In this document: positions 29,140 to 36,189 of the stretch, one piece after another | Position numbering within the stretch: the first letter of the stretch is position 1 | Layout: each line of letters opens with the position of its first letter | NCBI GenBank assembly: GCA_012513235.1 | Contig: JAAZCO010000347.1 | Location: forward strand, 1 to 36,189 | Direction of reading: 5' to 3' | DNA length: 36,189 nucleotides | Source: Gammaproteobacteria bacterium | GTDB lineage: Bacteria; Pseudomonadota; Gammaproteobacteria; Pseudomonadales; Pseudomonadaceae | Translations under genes and position numbers: made by a program | Notes under the pieces: generated by a model | What the model was told of the DNA's origin: nothing | The model's input: the letters and a program-made list of their open reading frames with translations, nothing else | Databases searched by the model: none

Positions 29140-30015
29140 ATGAGCATGTCACTGATGTTAAAAGATAAAGTTGCCATTATTACCGGTGCCAGCCGTGGTA
29201 TCGGTGCAGCCATTGCGGCTCGCTTTGCCGCTGAAGGTGCAAAAGTTGTGATCACCGCACGCACCAGCGAACCCGGTGGCCGTCTGCCCGGCTCATTAAA
29301 AGAAACCGCTGAGCGCATTCATGCTCAAGGTGGTGAATGCATTTATGTAACTGGCGATTTAGCTCAAGCAGACGATCGTGAGCGCATCATGGCCGCCGCC
29401 TTAGAGAAATGGGGCGGTGTCGATATTTTAGTGAACAATGCAGCCTTTGCTAAGTTTGGCCCGACTCTGCAGCAGCAAGCAAAACACCTGGATCTGTCGC
29501 TGGGTATTAACTTTGTTGCGCCGCTGCACCTCAGCCAGCTCGCAGTGCCGAGCATGACTGAACGTGGTGGTGGCTGGATCCTTAACTTGTCCAGTGACAC
29601 TTCTCGTAAAGCTGAACCAGGACCTTACCAGGAAGACGATCGCTCCTACCGTTTTCATAACACAACTTCACCGTCACTCTATGGCGCAACCAAAGCCGCG
29701 TTGGAGCGTCTAACCACAGGTTGGGCCATGGAATTGGCCAGTCAATCCATTGCCATCAACACACTCGCACCAGTTGAAGCTGTAGCCAGTGAAGGCGCAC
29801 TAGACAGCGGCAGTATTGATGATGTGGCATTTTTTGAGCCCATCGAAGCCATGGCTGAAGCGGCACTCGCTTTATGCTCAGGCCCACGCGCTACCTTAAC
29901 CGGACGTATCACTTACAGCCTTCATCTGTTAGAAGAACTGGGTATTAAAGTGCGCACGCTTGACGGCACATCCGAGCTTGAAAATGTACCCGCAGCACCC
30001 CAAAAAAATAAATAA
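29140..30015 (+). CDS. Short-chain dehydrogenase/reductase (probably NADP(H)-type)
   Basis: Motifs TGASRGIG, ITART, LPGSL, VNNA and YGATK. The real start may be ATG 29146. Confidence 0.9.
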   Translation: MSMSLMLKDKVAIITGASRGIGAAIAARFAAEGAKVVITARTSEPGGRLPGSLKETAERIHAQGGECIYVTGDLAQADDRERIMAAALEKWGGVDILVNNAAFAKFGPTLQQQAKHLDLSLGINFVAPLHLSQLAVPSMTERGGGWILNLSSDTSRKAEPGPYQEDDRSYRFHNTTSPSLYGATKAALERLTTGWAMELASQSIAINTLAPVEAVASEGALDSGSIDDVAFFEPIEAMAEAALALCSGPRATLTGRITYSLHLLEELGIKVRTLDGTSELENVPAAPQKNK

Positions 30016-30027
30016 AAGAGGTTTGCT

Positions 30028-31071
30028 ATGTTAGAAATATTTGCTTCTACTCCTGAAAATATGGGCCTCGGGGACATCGGCGATTTTGCGCGCCGCGTTG
30101 AGGCGATGGGCTATGACGGCCTGTTCGTTTCAGACGCAGTACACGATGGTTTACTGCTTGCCGGTCAAGCTCTAGCCGCAACCAGTAAAATCAAAGTCGG
30201 CACCTCTGTGCTGATTGCCTTCCCGCGCAGCCCGATGAACGTGGCCTTGGCCAGCTGGGACTTGCAAGGTATGTCGGGCGGTCGTTTTGAGTTAGGTCTG
30301 GGCACGCAGATTAAGCAAAACGTTGAGGAGCGTTACTCAGCGCGCTGGTTACCACCTGCAGCGGGTATGCGTGAATACTTGGGTTCGCTGCGCGCTATTT
30401 TCCATAGTTTCCGCACCGGTGAGCCGCTCAATTATGTCGGTGAGCACTATCAGTTCACGCGCCTGCAGCCTTTCTTTAACCCCGGCCCTATTGATGCGCC
30501 CGATGTACCTTTAATGATTGGCGCAGTGGGTCCGTTAATGTTGAAGCTGGTGGGTTCTACTGCTGATGGCGTGCACACTCACCCAACCAATACGTCAGTG
30601 CGCTACTTGAAAGAAGTGATTGAGCCTAGCGTGGCTGCTGGTTTACCAGATCGCGATCCCAAGCTGAAGCCTCCGATGATTGTTGCCAGCCAATTTGTGG
30701 CCACCGGCCCTGATGCTGAAACCGTGAGCAAAGAACGCGAGCGTTTCCGCGATATGTTTGCTTTCTTGTTCTCAACACCCGCGTACCGTGCCAGCCTTGA
30801 GTTATTTGGCTGGGGTGAAGTGGGCGAGCAACTACAGCAATTGACGCGTGAAAAACGCTGGGACGAGATGCCGAACATCTTTACCGATGAAATTCTCGAC
30901 ACTTTCCTCGTGACTGCAGATTACGACTCACTGCCAGAGACTATGGTCAAGCGCTTTAACGGCTTGGTCGATCGCGTCACTTTAACCGTACCAAACGATC
31001 CGGCTAACGATGCGGGTTGCGCTCGCGCGATTGCAGCGATTCGCGCTGCCGCCAAACGTGCTGATGGTTAA
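30028..31071 (+). CDS. LLM-class F420-dependent oxidoreductase (TIGR03617/MSMEG_2256-like)
   Basis: Luciferase-like fold motifs GYDGLFVSDAVHD, IAFPRSPM, WDLQ..SGGRFELGLGTQIK, PFFNPGP, AVGPLM and STPAY. F420 genes lie in the same run. Confidence 0.85.
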   Translation: MLEIFASTPENMGLGDIGDFARRVEAMGYDGLFVSDAVHDGLLLAGQALAATSKIKVGTSVLIAFPRSPMNVALASWDLQGMSGGRFELGLGTQIKQNVEERYSARWLPPAAGMREYLGSLRAIFHSFRTGEPLNYVGEHYQFTRLQPFFNPGPIDAPDVPLMIGAVGPLMLKLVGSTADGVHTHPTNTSVRYLKEVIEPSVAAGLPDRDPKLKPPMIVASQFVATGPDAETVSKERERFRDMFAFLFSTPAYRASLELFGWGEVGEQLQQLTREKRWDEMPNIFTDEILDTFLVTADYDSLPETMVKRFNGLVDRVTLTVPNDPANDAGCARAIAAIRAAAKRADG

Positions 31072-31089
31072 GACTTAAATAAGTACGTC

Positions 31090-31131
31090 AAACAGCCTCC
31101 TCTGTGCATACAGCGGGGGCTGTTTACTTTT
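31090..31131 (+). terminator. Rho-independent terminator closing the F420/sulfation run
   Basis: AAACAGCCTCC...GGGGCTGTTT stem followed by ACTTTT. Confidence 0.65.
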
Positions 31132-31152
31132 GATACCCAACACAACCATTTA

Positions 31153-31170
31153 TTATACAGATGAACGATG
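31153..31170 (+). promoter_or_regulatory. Degenerate copy of the 18-bp upstream box
   Basis: TTATACAGATGAACGATG, 66 bp upstream of the serine hydrolase start. Confidence 0.4.
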
Positions 31171-31235
31171 CGCTGACTGATTATTATGCTAAACCTGCAG
31201 TCTTCCCATAGCGACACAACAATAAAGGACGGGTT

Positions 31236-32555
31236 ATGAACCATACAATCAAACATTCACTAGCACGACGCTGGCTGATTCCCCTGTGTGCAAGCCTTGC
31301 TCTGAGCGGTTTAGCACAAGCTGAGTCACCCACCCAACCCAGCGCGACTCAGTCTACAACCCCATGGATGAGCGGATTTCCACCTGCACCTGAGCGCATT
31401 ATCCGCAACTCCGATGCTGATTTTTTTGCTGATGAGAAACTGCGCTGGACCGTGTGCCATATGCAGGAATTACTGCCCACCAAGATCCTTCACCGCGGCC
31501 TTGGTGCTCCCAGCACGCTTGAGTACCAACTGGATTCCAAACTGGATCAAGTCAGCTTTACCCCCTTTGCTACACAAGACAGCATGACCTGGGGTGAGGC
31601 CTTTGCCACCAACTATACCGATGGCGTGATCGTGCTGCATAACGGCAAAGTGGTCTATGAGCGTTACGACGGTTGCCTGAATGAGCAAGGCATACATGCC
31701 TCAATGTCGATGACCAAGTCACTGGTCGGCTTACTAGCAGAAACGCTGATTGCCGAAGGTGTTATTGATGAAAACGCCCTGGCCCGAGATATTATTCCTG
31801 AGCTCAAGGACAGCGCCTTTGGCAGCGCGACTGTGCGTCAAATTATGAATATGACCACAGGCCTTAAATACAGCGAAGATTATTCGGACCCTGAAGCCGA
31901 TGTCTGGAAATACTCACAAGCGGCCAGTTCTATGCCTAAACCGGGCGACTATAAAGGCCCGCGCAGCTATTTTGAGTACCTACAAACCGTTCAAGGCGAA
32001 GGCAAACACGGCGAAGCCTTTGCCTATAAAACGATCAACACCGACACGCTAGGCTGGATCATTTCTCGCAGCAGCGGAAAATCCGTAGTGCAGTTGTTAT
32101 CCGAACGTCTCTGGCAACCACTGGGTACTGAGCAGTCGGCCAACTTCACCATTGACTCGATTGGCACACCCTTTGCGGGCGGTGGTTTAAGTGCGGGACT
32201 GCGTGATCTGGCACGCATTGGTCAACTGATGCTCAATGAGGGAAAATTCAATGGTGAGCAATTAATCCCGTCTGCTGCCATCCAAAGTATTCGTCAAGGT
32301 GGCGATCCTAAGCTGTTTGCCAAAGCGGGCTATGACAATATGCCCAATGGCAGTTACAAAAGCATGTGGTGGCACTTTCATAATGCTAACCAAGCCTATG
32401 CGGCGCGCGGCGTGCATGGCCAAACCATCTATATAGACCCAACGGCCAATATGGTGATTGTACGCTTTGCCTCACACCCTAAAGCGGCCAATGGCGGCAA
32501 TGATCCAACCTCGCTGCCTGCGTATCAGGCGGTGGCTGATTATCTGATGAAGTAA
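31236..32555 (+). CDS. Exported serine hydrolase, class C beta-lactamase fold (NylB 6-aminohexanoate-dimer hydrolase-like)
   Basis: Signal-peptide-like N-terminus (RRWLIPLCASLALSGLAQA), WMSGFPP, SxxK (SMTK), AYKTINTD, AGGGL..GLRDLAR and ARGVHGQ. Confidence 0.85.
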   Translation: MNHTIKHSLARRWLIPLCASLALSGLAQAESPTQPSATQSTTPWMSGFPPAPERIIRNSDADFFADEKLRWTVCHMQELLPTKILHRGLGAPSTLEYQLDSKLDQVSFTPFATQDSMTWGEAFATNYTDGVIVLHNGKVVYERYDGCLNEQGIHASMSMTKSLVGLLAETLIAEGVIDENALARDIIPELKDSAFGSATVRQIMNMTTGLKYSEDYSDPEADVWKYSQAASSMPKPGDYKGPRSYFEYLQTVQGEGKHGEAFAYKTINTDTLGWIISRSSGKSVVQLLSERLWQPLGTEQSANFTIDSIGTPFAGGGLSAGLRDLARIGQLMLNEGKFNGEQLIPSAAIQSIRQGGDPKLFAKAGYDNMPNGSYKSMWWHFHNANQAYAARGVHGQTIYIDPTANMVIVRFASHPKAANGGNDPTSLPAYQAVADYLMK

Positions 32556-32564
32556 AACGCGCAA

Positions 32565-32596
32565 ATACTTGGGAGTTGCACTGCACTCCCAAGTAT
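32565..32596. terminator. Hairpin between convergent genes (likely terminator)
   Basis: ATACTTGGGAG (32565-32575) / CTCCCAAGTAT (32586-32596). Confidence 0.6.
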
Positions 32597-32608
32597 CGAC
32601 TTCTCAAG

Positions 32609-33256
32609 CTAAGGTAAATAAGCTTTAAAATTCTCGCGCAAGGTCGCTGCCGGTGTTGCGTGAGTAGTCACCGCAACAACAGCTAACAGCCCTGGCCAAT
32701 CACCCGCCTGCGGCAGCAATGCTTCACATCCATCTTCCAGTGTCAGCCACAGCAGCGCATCATAAGGAAACTCACTCAACGCACTGGCTACGCGCAGGTC
32801 TAAACTGGCATGCCGCACGCCGGACAAATCAACGATCCATTCCTGAGCAGCCTCTGCTATGGCAGCCTGATATATCTCTAAATCGGCATCAGTACGCTGA
32901 AAAAGCAACACATACCGCGAACACCCGAGTGTATCGTCCGCCGTACCCAGTAGCGTTTGCTCACGCATCACGGCAACCCGAATACGCTCAGTGATCATAA
33001 ACTGACGCTCGTCATCCAGCATCAAAGCTCTGGAACGTGAGCGCATCACATCACCGCCCTCAAAGCTTGGTTCCATGCCGAACTCACTTAAGCAATCAAA
33101 ATCCACCTGTGCGGACTCCACAGCCAGGTGATTACGGGTATAGCGCGTAAAAGGAAAATGCTGCATCCCTAGCCAACAGTGAATGTCTTCGTAATAGGCT
33201 TTAAAAGCAGCGGGCGATAGATCAGCACGGCGAGTCAACAGAGAAATCGATTTCAT
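32609..33256 (-). CDS. EthD domain-containing protein (dimeric alpha-beta barrel)
   Basis: The N-terminus MKSISLLTRRADLSPAAFKAYYEDIH...YTRNH...FDCLSEF...DERQF matches the EthD pattern. Confidence 0.72.
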   Translation of the reverse strand: MKSISLLTRRADLSPAAFKAYYEDIHCWLGMQHFPFTRYTRNHLAVESAQVDFDCLSEFGMEPSFEGGDVMRSRSRALMLDDERQFMITERIRVAVMREQTLLGTADDTLGCSRYVLLFQRTDADLEIYQAAIAEAAQEWIVDLSGVRHASLDLRVASALSEFPYDALLWLTLEDGCEALLPQAGDWPGLLAVVAVTTHATPAATLRENFKAYLP

Positions 33257-33324
33257 ATAGAGCCTTTAGCGGTGGCAGTCAGAGACCAAATGCTTCTATT
33301 TAAATCGTAAACCGCCGCACAAGC

Positions 33325-33366
33325 TAACCTAAACGGACGATGCCTAGTGATGGCCTAGGATAGACT
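33325..33366 (+). promoter_or_regulatory. Conserved 18-bp box plus putative -10 (TAGACT); paralog of the 11419-11460 promoter
   Basis: TAACCTAAACGGACGATG (33325-33342), an 18-nt spacer, then TAGACT (33361-33366). Confidence 0.65.
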
Positions 33367-33418
33367 CTAAGTTATAGTTACACTTTTCAATAACAATAAG
33401 CCAAGAGCATATAACACT

Positions 33419-33529
33419 ATGATGAATTCGCCAGATTTAGCAGCGAAGCCAACTGCGCACGACGCTACCACTGCATACTCGACTTTACCCAAACGCATTC
33501 CCATCAGCACCACGCAACCGGCAGAATAA
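33419..33529 (+). pseudogene. 36-codon remnant of an MFS gene 5' end (paralog of 11511)
   Basis: MMNSPDLAAKPTAHDATTAYSTLPKRIPISTTQPAE* compared with MNNSHDAVAQPTA... of ORF 11511. The upstream 54 nt (33361-33414) match 11455-11508 at 46/54 positions. Confidence 0.6.
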
Positions 33530-33547
33530 AGCGCGTAATAGGAGGCT

Positions 33548-34720
33548 ATGGTGAAACACGACCCACTTTCCAGCTCTGCACTATTGGATCTGGTTGGACT
33601 GATTTATGAGTCCATTAATGAGGATTCACCTTGGTATAGTTTTGCCGACAGCTTACGCAAGATTTTAGGCGCTAAAGCTGTCTCGGTGACCTTGCATCAC
33701 TCGCCCGATGTGCTGCATGACATCCACGTACTGGCTGCTGGCTCGGATAATCAAGTGGACTGGCTGGATGCTGAAATCACCTACCGCGAGCGTTTTTCCC
33801 ATATTGAGCTGTTACAACCCAAGCGAGTCGCACCGGGACAGATACTGTATATCGACGCCTCGATGGTCGACAGTGCTTGTGCTGACTATTTTTCGGCTTT
33901 AGGTATTCAAGGCTCGCTGCGCACCTGCTTTAGCGAAACGGCCAGTGATATGCGCTGCTGGATTGATATAGTCCTCGATACCACAACCGCCACTACAGAT
34001 TTTATTCAACATGCCTGCGCCTTACTTAAGCAACTGTTACCGCACTTATCACGTGCACTGGGCTTATATGCCAAGCTGCAACAGCAAGAAACTCAGCGTG
34101 ATATTTATGAAGCCAGCTTAGACCACCTCGCGCTTGGCTGCGTGATGCTCGATAGCCAAGCTCAAGTGCTGTGCTCCAATCAAGCTGCCAACGATATGAT
34201 TGAGCAATACGCGGGCCTAACAGTGACACAACAGCGTTTGACCCTGCAGGATAAAAACACACAACATGAACTCAACCAAGCCGTCAGCCATGCACTCAAG
34301 CAACGCACAAAAACCAGCAGCACAGATGATGAACGCTTAATCCGAGTGCGCTTAACGGATGGCATGGTGCTCGGTTTACTGGTCACCCCAGCACCCTTGA
34401 TCAGCCACTATCAAGGCAAGCGCGCACCTCATGTGATTATCTATCTGACGCAACTGGGCGTTGGTCGCAACAGCACTACAAGTGATGAGTACAGCAGTGC
34501 CGGTGTTTCAGTAGCGCGCTTGTTTGACCTCACACCACAAGAAGGCAAACTGGCTCTACTGCTTGCTGCAGGACACACCATCAGCGAAGCCTCGGAGCAG
34601 CTTGGCGTGGCCGTGTCTGCTGCGCGAAATTACTCCAAAAGTATCTACGCCAAACTCGATATCAGAGGGCAACATGATTTGGTGCGCCTAGTCTCCAAAA
34701 GCTTCGCTTTACTACGTTAA
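33548..34720 (+). CDS. LuxR-type HTH transcriptional regulator with PAS-like region (TeiR/TesR-like)
   Basis: 390 aa with C-terminal HTH FDLTPQEGKLALLLAAGHTISEASEQLGV...YSKSIYAKLDIRGQHDLVRL and a central PAS-like segment (GCVMLDSQAQVLCSNQAA). Strong RBS AGGAGG. Confidence 0.88.
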   Translation: MVKHDPLSSSALLDLVGLIYESINEDSPWYSFADSLRKILGAKAVSVTLHHSPDVLHDIHVLAAGSDNQVDWLDAEITYRERFSHIELLQPKRVAPGQILYIDASMVDSACADYFSALGIQGSLRTCFSETASDMRCWIDIVLDTTTATTDFIQHACALLKQLLPHLSRALGLYAKLQQQETQRDIYEASLDHLALGCVMLDSQAQVLCSNQAANDMIEQYAGLTVTQQRLTLQDKNTQHELNQAVSHALKQRTKTSSTDDERLIRVRLTDGMVLGLLVTPAPLISHYQGKRAPHVIIYLTQLGVGRNSTTSDEYSSAGVSVARLFDLTPQEGKLALLLAAGHTISEASEQLGVAVSAARNYSKSIYAKLDIRGQHDLVRLVSKSFALLR

Positions 34721-34819
34721 ACACTGGTACCAACTGGCACTAGCGCCATGCAGCTAGCACTGCGTAGGATTGAATCAAGAGGCTTGTACCGCTTGTGGTT
34801 CAGCTGGTTTTTATCCGCT

Positions 34820-36189
34820 ATGAGGTATAAAACATTGGGTTGGAAAAAATACGTAGGCGCACAGGGCGCTCAAGCCCCATCTTCTGCCAGTTATGAAAAA
34901 GGTACAGTGCCAATCAATTACAGCGGCTGGCCGCTTGAGCAGCCTGCTACTCAATACTGCGCATTAAGTGAGGATATCGATACTGATGTCGTGATTATCG
35001 GCGCTGGTTTAGCAGGGGCTTCTGTAGCCTTGCATTTAGCTGAGCGCGGCATCCATGCTGTACTGCTCGAAGCCAATCAGCCCGGCAGTGGCGCCTCAGG
35101 TCGTAACGCTGGGCATATCCAGCCTAATCTTGCGTCATTTGAGCCTCTTACAGCACATAAGGATGGCGGCAAAGCCTTTATTGATTACTTCACCAAACAC
35201 CGTAATATCGTTTTTGATCTAGCAAAAAAATACGCTATGGACGCTGATGTCATTGCCTGCGGACTGGTGGAGGCTGCGAAAAAACCTCATGCTGATCTCG
35301 AGCAAAAAGCCAAACTCTGGCAATCACACGGCTACAATATCGATATTATCGGCGCAGATCAGCTGAAAAGCATGCTCGGTACCGATGTTTATAATTACGG
35401 TGTACATTGGCACGAAGGCGGTCAAGTTAACCCTTATCTGTTCACCAATGGCATGGTCAGCGCCGCAGTCAAACTTGGCGCGCAAGTGTATGGCGATTCC
35501 AAGGTGCTGGCGTGCGAAGCTGCTGGCAAAAACTGGCGTGTACGGACGGCTACTGGCAGCGTGACTGCACCCCAAGTGATTATTTGTACTAACGGTCATG
35601 CCGACAGCGCTTTTTTCCCGGAATTGCAAAACACCAACTACCCTCTTGTTGCTTGTGGTCTAGCCACTCGTCCATTATCGGAAGAGTTACTCGCGTCTAT
35701 TAATCCCGCGCGTGTGGTGTTATCTCAGCACCCCGCTGGCCTCTACCCGTTGGTGATTGATAATCGTAACCGCCTGATTACCGCAACTATTCCCGGTATA
35801 GGTCGCGCGCAGCAAGCTGATAAATATTTTGCCTACTTCTTACGCTATTTGCACCGCACCTTCCCCGCCACGCGCAACGCTAATATCACCATGGAATCGT
35901 ACTGGACCGGTATGACTGCCAACTCATCCCACCATTACGATCAGTGCTATCCAAAGCTCTATCAAGTGGCAGAAGGTGTGCATGGCCTGATGAACTTTGG
36001 CTCATGGGGCAACCTACTTGGCCCGATGATGGGTATGAGCCTGGCAAACGCGCTGGCCGACGGCTGCATAGAGCGTTGCGTACTGCCGATCGAAACACCA
36101 CAAACAGTGCGTTTCCCAGGCTTATTTGAAACTAAAATACGTCGCACTTTAATCCCCATTGCCCGTGTCGCTGACCGCTTTGATCTAAC
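34820..36189 (+). CDS. FAD-dependent oxidoreductase, DAO/glycine-oxidase-like family (runs off the right edge)
   Basis: Not in the ORF track; translated by hand from ATG 34820: MRYKTLGWKK...TDVVIIGAGLAGASVALHLAERG...LEANQPGSGASGRNAGH. The frame appears open to the window end. Confidence 0.85.
   Translation, partial: MRYKTLGWKKYVGAQGAQAPSSASYEKGTVPINYSGWPLEQPATQYCALSEDIDTDVVIIGAGLAGASVALHLAERGIHAVLLEANQPGSGASGRNAGHIQPNLASFEPLTAHKDGGKAFIDYFTKHRNIVFDLAKKYAMDADVIACGLVEAAKKPHADLEQKAKLWQSHGYNIDIIGADQLKSMLGTDVYNYGVHWHEGGQVNPYLFTNGMVSAAVKLGAQVYGDSKVLACEAAGKNWRVRTATGSVTAPQVIICTNGHADSAFFPELQNTNYPLVACGLATRPLSEELLASINPARVVLSQHPAGLYPLVIDNRNRLITATIPGIGRAQQADKYFAYFLRYLHRTFPATRNANITMESYWTGMTANSSHHYDQCYPKLYQVAEGVHGLMNFGSWGNLLGPMMGMSLANALADGCIERCVLPIETPQTVRFPGLFETKIRRTLIPIARVADRFDL

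Noticed and set aside
31236-32555. Beta-lactamase resistance gene
   Set aside because: It has SxxK but YKT and ARG in place of the AmpC YxN and KTG motifs, which fits NylB/esterase-type hydrolases.
432-36159. Many 60-160 aa ORFs in the track (e.g. 5480-5836, 7411-7884, 13890-14378, 25084-25545, 35324-35629)
   Set aside because: They are antisense or out-of-frame shadows of well-supported genes and carry no recognisable motifs.
1-36189. Mobile-element hallmarks and RNA genes (integrase, transposase, tRNA, rRNA)
   Set aside because: None was recognised. Horizontal origin of the F420 block is inferred only from gene content.

Overview
This window is a tightly packed catabolic island, probably from a pseudomonad-like gammaproteobacterium. 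That host call is an inference from protein character and a GC content of roughly 50% judged by eye. The left part (1-10080) holds aerobic steroid (9,10-seco pathway) genes: 3beta/17beta-HSD-like SDR, KstD, HsaA-type monooxygenase plus flavin reductase, aldehyde dehydrogenase, 7alpha-HSDH-like SDR, and TesE/F/G-type hydratase, dehydrogenase and aldolase. Three MFS transporters and an SLC13/TrkA-C (sulfate-type) permease follow. The centre and right (16425-31071) form one co-oriented run: a coenzyme F420 biosynthesis and recycling set (npdG/fno, cofE, cofD, cofC, fbiC), a PAPS supply set (cysD, cysNC, cysQ), TetR, a sulfotransferase, a DUF1214-like protein, an SDR and an F420-dependent LLM oxidoreductase. 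The window ends with a secreted serine hydrolase, an EthD-like protein, a LuxR-type regulator and a truncated FAD oxidoreductase. An 18-bp motif (consensus about TAGTCYANNYRGACGATG) lies 60-77 bp upstream of ten gene starts, which links the steroid, F420 and sulfation genes into one apparent regulon. The most interesting candidate system is an F420- and PAPS-dependent steroid-modification module. All functional calls rest on motif and family recognition; no database searches were run.
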